DNA from: Raja brachyura
Taxonomy: Eukaryota
DNA: 64,000 nucleotides
Direction of reading: 5' to 3'
Assembly (NCBI GenBank): GCA_963514005.1
Contig: OY740812.1
Span: forward strand, 30,876,001 to 30,940,000
In this document: positions 1 to 11,552 of the stretch, piece after piece
Layout of the letters: each line of letters starts with the position of its first letter
How positions within the stretch are numbered: the first letter of the stretch is position 1
Notes under the pieces: model-generated
Database searches by the model: none
What the model saw: the letters and a program-made list of their open reading frames with translations, nothing else
Told to the model about the DNA's origin: nothing
Translations under genes and position numbers: made by a program

Positions 1-2849
1 CAAAGACATGCAGGTTTGTAGGTTAATTGGTCTCTGTGAATTGCCCCTAGTGTGTAGGGAGTGGGATAACATGGAATTAGTGTGAAAGGGTCATAAATGG
101 TCAGCCAGGACTTAGTGGGTTGAGGGACTAGATTCCATGCTGTTTCTTTCAATCAATAAAGAAAAAACCTGTTCACACAAATGAGAAACAAGACACAAAG
201 TGCTGGAGCAAATCAGCATCTTTAGAGAATGTGGATTGGTGATATTTTGAGGTGGGACCAGACTTCCAATTCAGACTTGATTGAGACTGAAGAATCCCAA
301 CCTGAAACATTGCCTACCCATGTTCTTCAGAGTTGCTGCCTGACCCAAGTTGTTCCAACACTTTGTGTCTTTTGTAATAAACCTATGCCATTCTTTGTGT
401 CTACATTTCACACAATGGAATCTAGATTTCCCTCACTCACGATTTTTCACGTTAAATCATCATTTAAAATAATAGGACAAGGCAAAAAATTAATAAAAAT
501 AGGTAAATTGTCTCATATTTATCGTGGAATAAAATAGAATCAATGATTGAGGAAGTAATAGCAGTACAATTGGAAAGTCAGAAGGTAATCAAACAGGGTC
601 AACATGACTTTGTGAAGGGAAAATTGTGCCTGACACCATATTTGAGTAATTCTTCACAATAGTTCCCAAAGTCACTAAACAAAGGTAAAAATCACAAAAG
701 ATTAAGTCAGAGCCCATGTTGTTGGAGGTAATATTTTGGCATGAATAGAGAGCTGGAAGCATGTGTGTGATTTTTTTATTTTAAGTTGCCCCGCACATCT
801 CCTTTAAACGTTGGATCTCTCCTTAAAGCTACGCAGGTTGCATTCATAATAGTTTCTGAGCACAATATACGCATAAACTGTAAAATGTTCTGGCCGTTTT
901 TAGGCTATGCAGCACACACATTAATACGGACAATACCATACTGTACTGTTCTATATTCTGTGCATTATTGGTATAGAACATTGGCTACCAATGGGAGACT
1001 GTACTATGCACTGTTTTTCCAAGAATGCACTGAAGATTTTGGTGTATGATTTGGTGAAGGACATCTTCTGAATGTATTATTACAGGAGGCCAAGGATAAA
1101 GGAGTCATTTTCAAATTGACAAGATTTGACAACAAGCCCAAAGTCCTTAGTGCAGCCCAAGACAGTCCTTAGTGCAGCCCAAGACATATATCATAGTTTA
1201 TTTAGTGTTTTGAAGTATTTACGAGCCTGATGGTCATTGGGAAGAAGCTATTCTTGAACCTGATGGTTACGGTTTTCAGATTCCTATACCTTCCTACCAA
1301 TGGTAGGAATGCACTGTGAATGTGGCCAGTGTGGTGCTGGTCTTTGATGGTGATGGCTGCCTTTTAGAATCAGTGCCTCCTATAGATCCCTTCATTGATG
1401 GGGAGGTCAGTGCCCATGGTGGACCCGGCCGTCCATCAATTGTGTTTCTGATTGACTAAACCCAAAAAATGTTTATAAAGGGTCTCGACCCGGACCATCA
1501 CCCATTGCAGAGATGCTGCTTGTCCCACTGAGTTACTCCAGAACTGTGTGTCGATCTTGTGATGTACCGTTTATGATGAACCAATGTTCAATCTCCCTTT
1601 TATTATTCCATATTAATAGTCTAAAGACAGCCAAAATGTTTTGCAGTGAATGTGTAAGATGTGCTGAGAAACCATTATGAATGGAACATGCATAGGTTTA
1701 AGGTGAGAGGGGTAGAGCTTAAAGGCGATGTGCGGAGCAATTTATTATACACAGAGGATGGTGAGTGTCTGGAATGCGCAGCAGATTTGGTGATTGAGGC
1801 AGATTAGGAGGCTTTTGGGTAGGCATAATATGCAGGGAATGGAGAAGTATAGATTATGCACAGGTAGATAAGAGATGGTCTTGACATCATGTTCAGCAGA
1901 GATGTTGTGGGCCGAAAGATCTGCTCTTGTGACGTACCATGTAGGAAGGAACTGCGGATGCTGGTTTATACTGAAGATAGACACAAAATGTTTGAGTAAC
2001 TCAGTGGGACAGGCAGCATCTCTGGATAGAAAAGGAATGGGTGAAGTTTCAGGGCGAGGTCTGATGAAGGGTCTCAAACCGAAATGCCACCCATTCCAGA
2101 GATGCTGCCTGTCCCGCTGAGTTACTCCAATGATGAGCACCTCACTGTGATGTGCCGTTCTATATTCTATGCACTATGAAGATAGAATGGCTGCCAATGA
2201 GAGACTGCACTTTTTCCAAGAATTCACTGAAAATGTTGGTGCATGATTTGGTGAAGGACATCTTCTCTCTGTATTAGGGCAGGAGGCCAACCTGACTCAT
2301 GCCCTTGAGACAATGGAAAGTCGAAGAGGAATGTAATGAGGTTGATCAGTTTAATAACAAAGTTAGTGATCAAGTCTCTCTTTATGACACAGGAGGCCAT
2401 CTGATCCATCGAGTCTGTGTCGACTCTCACCGCAAGTCCATTCCGCCACTTATTTCAATGTGAGCGTTTTACTTATGAGGAGATGGTTATACATCTAAAT
2501 TTCTCCAATATGTATATGCAACTTGAATACTGCTTTCAACTATAAGTAGCCTGCATAATATCCAAGGAACAGGTTAGACCCGATTCAATTTCTCTCTCCT
2601 TGAAATTATTTACTTCTGGCTGTAAAATTGCCATCCATATAATTTCCATCAATCTAGAAAAAATCATACTTACAATTTAGAAATAAACACATGGGTTAAC
2701 ACTCTGGCTTTTGTAGCAAGTGGATAATGAAATGAAAAATTGAACGTTACAAATTTGAAGCTTGGCTTCAAAAATCTGAAATTACTTTGAAATCAATAAC
2801 TTGTACAAACATGGTAATTAATTAGAAAAACCTAACTACTGCTCCTCCT

Positions 2850-3086
2850 AATGTGTTGCTAATGTCACTGGGGACAGAGACCTTCCTGTTTCAGCTAAAA
2901 TTAATTGTAGAGGAAGCTACACATTAACATGCAGCAGTATTCATTGCATCTCACCAATCAGAGTTGTGATTTTTGAAAACACAAAGTTGACGTTTCTTGA
3001 AATAACTTAGCAATGCTATCGGCAATCAAGGCTTGAAGTACACAAGCAGAAATATTTGTTATTACATTTATTCATTTAATTACTCA
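2850..3086 (+). promoter_or_regulatory. Candidate TATA-less CD79B proximal promoter/5' UTR
   Basis: Unique sequence directly upstream of the ATG; ETS-type cores (CTTCCTGT 2882-2889, AGAGGAAG 2909-2916), CCAAT 2954-2958, no obvious TATA. Motif matches only. Confidence 0.4.
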
Positions 3087-3165
3087 ATGGCTTTCTTTAC
3101 TGGGAAATCATGTCCAGTATTAAATATCCTGATCTTCACGCTCGCCTTTACAAGTTGGATACTTG
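3087..3165 (+). CDS. CD79B: CD79B coding exon 1 (signal peptide MAFFTGKSCPVLNILIFTLAFTSWIL-G)
   Basis: First in-frame ATG after upstream TAA at 3003; hydrophobic leader; strong donor G|GTAAGT at 3165/3166, phase 1, matching the phase-1 Ig exon. Not in the ORF track (too short). Confidence 0.82.
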
Positions 3166-4849
3166 GTAAGTGCCTCTTTCTGTATTTTCCACTTGTCATC
3201 ACACCAAAGTAATATTTGCTCTTGAAGTACTTTGAAATTATCTTTGAGATGCAAAGTAGTGTTCATTTCTGCGTGTCTTTTGTTCAGTCGAATATGTCCA
3301 TGTTTATAAATTAACAAAGGCTTTCTGCAATGCAATTCAGTATGTTCTGTATCTGCAGCTCATATGTCTGAGTGTTATCACTTAAACTATGGTCCCTTAA
3401 GCTCATCAATGTTGCTGGCATACAGCACTTAATATTTGGCTCAAGACAGAATTATACGTTAAAATGATACAGTCCTGTTGCTACTCATAGTAAATCTGTC
3501 CAAACATAAAAACAGGAAGTTATGGCAATAGGCATCAGGTCAGATAGCTTTCGTGCAAAGAAGATATTTTCCTACCCTGACTGGTCTAATAAATGTTTCC
3601 TGCAATTTAGCTGTTCAATACATTTCAGATTAAGTTTTTTCTAGGTTTCTTTATTTTCCAATATTGTTACTTTGGCCGGCCTATTTTGTTGAGACTCTTC
3701 TTTAGTCAAAGGGTAGATCTGTGGAACTTAGAGAGTAGTCAATCATTGCCATAGAGGGCAATGGAGGCCAAGTCAGTTGATATTTTTAAGGCAGAGATTG
3801 GTAAATTCTTGATTAGAACGGGTGTCAAGGGTTATGGGGAGAAAGCAGGAAAATGGGATGAGGAGGCTGAGATCAACCATGATTGAATGGTGGAGTAGAC
3901 TTGGTGAGCCGAATGGCCTGATTCTACTCCTATAACTTGTGAACTTGTGAGAAACAACGGAAAAATTGTCACTGCAGTGCTAAGTGGGTTTTTAATGCCT
4001 CATTCAGAAGACATTGGTTGCAAGCAGCCTGAGAGTTCTACACAGACGCTGAAGGGGATGTAGAAAAATAGGAACACTTGCGTAAGTGTAGGATTTGATG
4101 CATTACTTACTGTAGGATGTTGCTAAGTGTTTTACTGCCAATTAAGTCCTTTCTAAATTGGAATTGCTGTTATAAAGTATATTATAATTACTATTATAAT
4201 TAAAATTACTGTCATAAAGTTCCCACCAACAACAACTGTAGTAAAAATTCAAGTTAACAGGTTGAATTTTTGTATTCCAATTATAGTATTGTCATCAAAC
4301 ATGATAACATTTTATACCCTGCACAAGAGATATTTTATTTATCTATGGTACTGGCCATGTGGGAGTAACGTTAATAGACAATAGACAATACGTGCAGGAG
4401 TAGGCCATTTGGCCCTTCGAGCCAGCACCGCCATTCAATGTGATCATGGCTGTTCATCCCCAATCAGTACCTCGTTCCTACCTTCTCCCCATATCCCCTG
4501 ACTCCGCTATTTTTAAGAGCCCTATCTAGCTCTCTCTTGAAAGCATCCAGAGAACCTGTCTCCACCGCCCTCTGAGGCAGAGAATTCCACAGAATCGCCA
4601 CTCTGTGAGGAAAAGTGTTTCCTCGTCTCCTTTCTAAATGGCATTCTAATGAGCATGAAACACATAATTGACATTCCGGTTGCAATTTTCTAGAACCAAT
4701 ACATGTTTAGAAAATGGTACGCGCCTGGAATGAAGTTGCAAGCCTGAATCAAAGAGTTACCACATGCTTCAGTTTGATTCACAGAGCTATATTCTCATCT
4801 GATCTGCTGAGGGCAAATCCAGCAATGAAACTAGACCTTGAATCATATT

Positions 4850-4959
4850 GTAGACAAAAGTGCTGGAGAAACTCAGCGGGTGAGGCAGCATCTATGGAAC
4901 GAAGGAATTAGGCAAAGTTTCGGGCCAAAACCCTTCTTCAGACTTCTTCACACTACTCC
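4850..4959 (-). mobile_element. Penelope-derived hammerhead mini-element with 15-bp TSD
   Basis: TSD ACCTTGAATCATATT at 4835-4849 and 4960-4974; minus strand reads CTGAAGAAGGGTTTTGGCCCGAAAC. Confidence 0.8.
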
Positions 4960-5107
4960 ACCTTGAATCATATTTAACGTTTCCAATGACTACCTTCTCA
5001 AGGTTCTTTCTTCTTTCTTTGCGGGGTGTGCAAATATGGTGACCCTTGCTCATGTGTGTTCATGGAGGAATAGGAAATTTCTCATCAGAATCCATTGCCT
5101 GTACAGG

Positions 5108-5390
5108 GCTTTACAATGGTAGAGTTGCTGCCTCACAACGCTAGAGACCTGGGTTCAATGATGACTACGAGTGCTGTCGGCGGAGTTTGCTTGTGCTCCC
5201 CGTGAGCGCGTGGGTTTTCTCCGGGTGCTCTGGTTTCCTCCCACATTCCAAAGATGTGCAAATTTGTAGGTTAATTGGCATGGGTAAATTGTCCCTTGTA
5301 TGTAGGATAGTGTGCAGGTGATCATTGGTCAATGCGGACTTGGTGTGCCGAAGCGCCTGTTTGTGCGCTGTATCTCTAAACTAAACTAAA
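5108..5390 (+). mobile_element. tRNA-derived SINE (HE1/V-SINE-like)
   Basis: Pol III-like head (ggtagagttgctgcctcac...gggttcaat), body 'gtttgtaggttaattgg', tail (CTAAA)n. Further copies: 1-155, 8075-8340, 33823-34110, 48688-48945 (+); 14118-14358, 15040-15300, 18505-18680, 19043-19175, 19570-19845 (-). Confidence 0.85.
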
Positions 5391-5622
5391 GCCTCTGCTG
5401 TGGTCGGGTATCCCACACACCAAAGTTTGCACTTCGTGTGCAAGGTGCACTGGACACACAGTTTTGTGATGTCATTGTGCCCTTTCTTTATGATTCAAAA
5501 GTGCATGGGATATTATTGTAGGCTGCATTTCCACGTATTTCATTCTCAAATTGTGCTTTCAAGCAAGCAAGAAATTTAAGGTTACAGTTTTTTTGTGATG
5601 CAAATTTAGATGGAACGAAGGA

Positions 5623-5893
5623 ATGTTCATGGCATTATAGAGTAATCCCTTCTCTTGCTTTAATAATACCAATCACTGGACCTTCCAGTTTTTTTTTCGC
5701 CGCCAAAAGAGCTGTACTTCTCACATCCAATAAACAGGGTAACTTACAATGCATCGATATGAACTTTGAATTTTCCATCATTAGGTTTCTTCTCTCCCAG
5801 ACTACCTCCACCCCTCCTCACCTTTCACCCCACCCAATCTTACCCACCCCTTCCATCTCCTGTACCCCCACCTATTTCTCTCCTTCACCCAAA
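5623..5893 (+). repeat. Left copy of ~270-bp direct duplication flanking the L1
   Basis: atgttcatggcattatagag...ccttcacccaaa, repeated at 7495-7778 with scattered substitutions and one ~13-nt indel. Confidence 0.92.
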
Positions 5894-7493
5894 ACATAAG
5901 AAAGGATATAGAAAGATGGTCCACCTACCCAATGGATTTTAGTAGTAAGATAAATGTGGTGAAAATGAATATTTTGTCAAGGCTATTGTACTCGTTTCAA
6001 TCTCTGCCAATTGAGGTACCATTAAAACAATTCACGGAATGGGATACATTAATATCTAGATTTATTTGGGGAGGAAAGAAGGCCAGAATTCGATACACTA
6101 CTCTACGGTTACCAAAGGACAAAGGTGGAATGGCACTTCCAAATTTTAGGATATATTTCTATGCAGCCCAACTTCAACCACTAATTAATTGGTGTGAGGC
6201 CAGCTATATAGCTAGGTGGAAAGAGATTGAGACATATATCCCTGACTTCCACATCCAAACACTTTTGGGAGAAAAAGCGCTTCCTGGACATATCAGGAGT
6301 ATAATCGATCCAATAACGATATTTACTTTAGAAACCTGGTTCACCCTTACCAGACAACTTAAACTGAATAAACGACAAAAAGTTTTAAGATGGATAGCTT
6401 TGGATAATGAATTTAAACCAGGGATGTATGACTCAACATTTAAAGAGTGGATGAAGAAAGGAATGACTGCATTTTGTACTGTTATTGAAAATGGAGATCT
6501 AAGAAGTTTTCAAGATTTGAAGGATAGATTTGCACTTCGGAACCAAGACTTGTTAAGATACTTCCAACTGAGAGATTATTACAATAAAAAGGTAAAAAGG
6601 GAGGCACTAGAAGAAAATAATCCAGTGATAGAAGTGATAGTTAGTGCGTATCATCAAAAAACATTAAGGATTATTTCTAAACTTTATCATAGTTTAATGG
6701 AATGTCAAGCTAAAACTACATTTACGTAACATTCAAGTGGGAAAAGGAATTGAACATCACAATCTCAGAAGAAGAATGGCATCATATGTGTGTAACACTA
6801 CAGACATCCACTAATTCACAAAATTGGAGAGAATTTAATTGGAAAAATTTGATTTGTTTCTTTATTACGCCTAACATAAAGAGCAAGCAAATTCTAAGGC
6901 AGCAAACCTGCTGGAGGCAATGTGGTCAAACAGATGCAAATCATGCACATATCTTCTGGAGTTGCCCAAAAATAGGACCATTTTGGGACAGAGTGAATTC
7001 AGAATTAACGGAGGTATTAGGATATGCAGTCTGCAAGAAGTGTTCCATTTTATACCTGGGTAATATAAATACAGTGGTGCTGAAGGAAGACCATTACTTG
7101 GTTAAAATCCTACTCACAGCTGGCAGAAAGGCCATTACAAGAAACTGGCTTGGAGCGGACACACCCAGACTTAGACAATGGTTAGACATAGTACAGGAAA
7201 TATTTGTCATGGAGAAAATGACATATTCTCTAAGAGTGAAAGAAGAAAATGGGAAAAATGGATTAGGTATAGAAATAAAGACATCAACACTGTATAATTT
7301 TATAGACAATAATGTAAGTTATTGGAAAATGTTTTAATATGAAAATAGTTCTGTATACTGCATCATTAATTGTAAACTGAACCTCCTGTTACACTGTTGT
7401 ACGTTTCACTGTAATGTTGTATGTTTCGTTGTTATATTTGTGTTTTATTTGTGTATACATAAAAGCAATAAAAACTAAAGTGGAAAAAAAAAA
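5894..7493 (+). mobile_element. 5'-truncated L1-clade LINE (ORF2 C-terminal part, frameshifted) with poly(A) tail
   Basis: ORFs 5932-6729 and 6750-7337: '[13 protein letters not shown]', '[13 protein letters not shown]', CCHC knuckle 'CWRQCGQTDANHAHIFWSC'; AATAAA 7467-7472 and A-tail 7484-7493. Confidence 0.9.
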
Positions 7494-7494
7494 G

Positions 7495-7778
7495 ATGTTC
7501 ATGGCATTATAGAGTAATCCCTTCCCTTGTTTTAATAATACCAATCACTGGACCTTCAAGTTTTTTTTTCACCCCCAAAAGAGCTGTACTTCTCACATCC
7601 AATAAACTGGGTAACTTACAACGCATCGGTATGAACTTTGAATTTTCCATCATTAGGTTTCTTCTCACTTTACCCCCACTCCCAGCCTACCCCCGCCCCT
7701 CCTCACCTTTCACCCCACCCAATCTTACCCTCCCCTTCCATCGCCTGTACCCCCACCTATTTCTCTCCTTCACCCAAA
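7495..7778 (+). repeat. Right copy of the direct duplication flanking the L1
   Basis: Starts immediately after the L1 A-tail; matches 5623-5893. Confidence 0.92.
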
Positions 7779-10700
7779 CCCCCTCCTGCTACTCACCACC
7801 CTCAGGCTTCACAATCAGCAACTCTTCAAATCTGTCTCACACCTTTCATTCTTATCTCTGGCCTTTGTTCCAACTATCTGCCCGTCAACCCACCTGCCAT
7901 GTGTTGTCCTGCCCCACCCCTTTTCCAGCTTTCTTCCCCCCCTCTGAAACTGTTTCTCAGTATTAAATAATCTTCTTTTATTCCTACTAATTCATTTCTC
8001 ACCCAATTGTTGAAGTGTCTGGAGGATGACTACAAATCCAGCAATTTATCTCAGCAATTGCGAGAAACATTTAGGGCGGTACGGTAGAATTGCTACCTTA
8101 CAGCGCCGGAGACCCATGTTTGATCTTGACTACTAGTGGTATTTATACAGTTTGTACGTCCTCCCTGTGACTACATGGGTTTTCTCCAGGATCTCTGGTT
8201 TTCTCCCAAAATTCCTACAAGTTTGCAGGCTAATTGGCTTGGTATAATTGCAAATTGTGTACAAAGATTGCTGGACAGCACAGACTCGGTGGGCCCAAGG
8301 GCCTGTTTCCGTGCTGTATCTCTAATTTAAAAAAACTAAAATCTGGATCGGGGAACACAATACAGTCTAGGGTATTAAAGAAGCAATTTCGCTTTTTTCT
8401 CCAAAAGATTTTTTAACACATCTTTATTTTCTTCCTATAAATGTTCAGCATAATTATTGATCCAAAATATGAAAAACATTTCAACATGAACACCTTACAT
8501 TTATAGCAAACAGGAAGAGGCCACAGTAGAAAAAATAGATGCATTTACTGATTTGTAAGTTTCTTAGTACTGGAAATGATAACTATCTCACTGCAGTTTT
8601 TGAACCATGTTAGATTGGGTACAAGAAGGCGCCTCAAGTTACAGCTCAGTAAACAGTGATTCCTGTGAAAATAGACAGGAAGAAGCAGTAGATATCTCTG
8701 CGCAGCATGAGTTTTAAGAAGTTCCTGTCTGAACATAACTTCTTTGTGCATCTGTGATCTTGCCCAAGAGACAACATTCTGTGGTCTCAGTGCAAACCTG
8801 AAGTGAGATAACGATGTACCAGTACACACAGTAATGGAGCACCTGCTCTGCTCGAATCTGAAGAACGGTCTCGACCTGAAACATCTCCCATTCCTTCTCT
8901 CCAGAGATGCTGTCGGTCCAGCTGTTACTCCAGCTTTTTGTGTCTATCTTCAGTGTAAACCAGCATCTGCAGTTCCTTCCCACACACATGAATGGAACTG
9001 TCCCCACCCAATTGGAAAGTAGCCTATAGACAACAGAGGGAATAAATTGTTTCACCTGTGATTAAACCTTGTCAGTAACTGAAGGAAATATTTGTTGACC
9101 GTTGGTACCTTAATGTGCTCACATTTAGAGAAACAACAAATTGCAGATGTTTTTTGACAAAAAGGATCCCAACTGGAAACATCATTTACCATGTTCTCCA
9201 TTGATGATGCTTGACCCACTGAGTTACTCCAGCACTTTATGTTTTTTGTTGTACTCACATTCAGCTTAATTGTATTACATTGTCAACCAATCCTCACTTG
9301 AACATGGATAAATGAGAAGGGGAAAATGTACAACTACCTAGAACAATCACTCTCCAAGTTTATAGATCGTCACAGACAGGCACGTGCCGTCAGGGTAGGC
9401 AAGGTAGGCACTGCCTACCCTGACTAAAATTATGAAATGGCAATTTTTAAATATAAATAGTAAAGGCATGGGAGAATTATGCCTGTCTAAGAGATCGATC
9501 TCTTAGGTAGGCATAATTCTCCGTGCCTTTCACCCGCAGCGCTTGTAACACGGGAAGCTCTGTGCAGCCCCCGTGCCGTCAGCGCTGCCTGAGCCGTCAG
9601 ATTGAATGGGAGCTGAAGGCAGCAGAAATTCTGCCTTTGCAGCACTGCGCATGTGCATCATCTTTCTGCGCATGCGCATCGCGAGTTTCTTGGCGGGATG
9701 TTCAAATATGGATTGCCATTATTTTAATAGTATCTTAGCAAACAAATGGAGAATGGACTTAATGTACCAATAATGTGGTAAGTGCATTTCTTTGTGCTTT
9801 ATGTTTTTAAATACTGTAGTTCCCAGGGTGGGGGGAGAGCTCCGTTCACAGTGTTTGGGCAGTCTGGCGTTGTGAAGGAGGGGATCGGGGTCAGTAACCC
9901 ACTTGCCACGCTCCGGTCTGAGTGCAGGTGAGATGGGACTAGGTGAGAGTAAAAGTGTGTGAGGGGTGAGAAGTCCATGCCGGGTGCCGGCCGGCCGCAG
10001 CCGCTGTTCAGATTGTTGGGAGACGGAGCTCAGGGTTCGCCTCTTGAGCTGCTTTGGTGCCCAGGCGTAAGTTGAGGTGGAAGGTGGTTGGGGGTGCGGG
10101 GGGGGGGGGGGGGCTCGTCTTCTGAAGAAGGATCTCGACCCGCTGAATTACTCCAGCAGTGTTAAAGAAGGAACTGCAGATGCAGCAAAATCGAGCGTAC
10201 ACAAAATTCTAGAGAAACTCAGCGGGTGCAGCAGCATCTATAGAGCGAAGGGATGGGTGACAGGAGGGTCTCGACCTGCTGAAATTCTCCAGCATTTGGA
10301 TCTAAACATCACCCATCCCTTCCCTCTAGAGATGCGGCCTGTCCCACTGAGTTACTCCAGCTTGTGTGTGTCTATCGTTGAATGGGTGACGTTTCGGGTC
10401 AAGACCCTTCTTCGGACTGAAAATAAAACTTGCCTCGCGTGAAGCGGCTTGTAAATTAAAACATAAAAACAAGAAATGCTAGACTCATTTATGTGCTCCT
10501 ATTCATTTACCTGGCCTGTTGCTGTCCTCCCTCGTCCACCGTGAGCGCTGGACAACTCACTGGGTGCAAAACTCCGCTGCATTCCGGGCGGAGGGCGATG
10601 ATCACCCGACTGACCGGCAAGTAGAGGCGGCGGGTCGGTCAAGCCCAGCTCCCCGCCACCGGGATAAACACCACTACTGGAGTAAACTCAGCGGGATCTC

Positions 10701-11144
10701 TGGAGAAGTCTGAAGTAGGGTCTCGACACGAAATCTCACCCATCCCATCTCTCCAGAGATGCTGCCAGTCCCTCGGAGTTACTCCAGCATTGTGTGTGTC
10801 TATGGGTTACACAAAAAGCTGGCGAAACTCAGCGGGTGCAGCAGCATCTAAGGAGCGAAGGAGATAGGCGACGTTTCGGGTCGAGGCCCTTCTTGTGTGT
10901 GTCTATCTTCGGTGCAAACCAGCATCTGCAGTTCCTTCACAATCCCACACTCTCGGGCCCAGGGGGTGGATGGAGCATCACACGTGGATACAACCCACTC
11001 ACTGCCCAGACTTGCCCCTCCGGCAGGTCTTTAACCGCGTCCTAAAGCCATTCGTGTTAAAGAAGGAACTGCAGATGCTGGAGAATCGAGGGTTACACAA
11101 AGCTGGAGAAACTCAGCGGGTGCTGCAGCATGAAGAAGGTCAGC

Positions 11145-11180
11145 AGGTCTGAAGAAGGGTCTCGACCCGAAACGTCGCCT
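11145..11180 (+). ncRNA. Minimal type I hammerhead-ribozyme motif (Penelope pLTR-type)
   Basis: AGGT-CTGAAGA-A-GGGTC-TC-GACCC-GAAAC-GTC-GCCT: stem I AGGU/GCCU, CUGANGA core, stem II hairpin, GAAA, GUC triplet. Activity not shown. Confidence 0.7.
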
Positions 11181-11552
11181 ATCTCCTTCGCCCCTTCGAT
11201 GCTGCTGCACCCGCTGAGTTTCTCCAGCTTTTTGTGTAACCCCCATCTCTCACCTGCCGTTCGACGGCTTCGCTCATGTCAACCGCGTCCCGCAAATCCT
11301 TAAATTCCCACAGCCAAGTAACCTAAACTGGACCCGTGAACGCGCTGTCGGAATTTAAAGATTTGCGGGAAGCCGGCCGGCGAGCGGCAGGTGAGAGATG
11401 TTCAGACGGAGAGCACTGCCAGAGGTGAGTGGGGACCAGCAGAAGGGGCTGAAGTGGCAGGGTCCCGGCGGCCACTCGCAGTCACCCGAGCTGCTTCCTT
11501 CCGCGGAAGTGGCGGCCAGTTCTGCTGTCCGTGTCCGGCAGGTGAGAGATGG

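Noticed and set aside
4046-4081. 36-nt candidate micro-exon (cag|...|GTAAGT) as the equivalent of mammalian CD79B exon 2
   Set aside because: In the required phase it contains an in-frame TAG (4069-4071), and the acceptor lacks a pyrimidine tract.
5108-5180. tRNA-like sequences at SINE heads
   Set aside because: Degenerate A/B boxes fused to a SINE body and tail; no complete cloverleaf.
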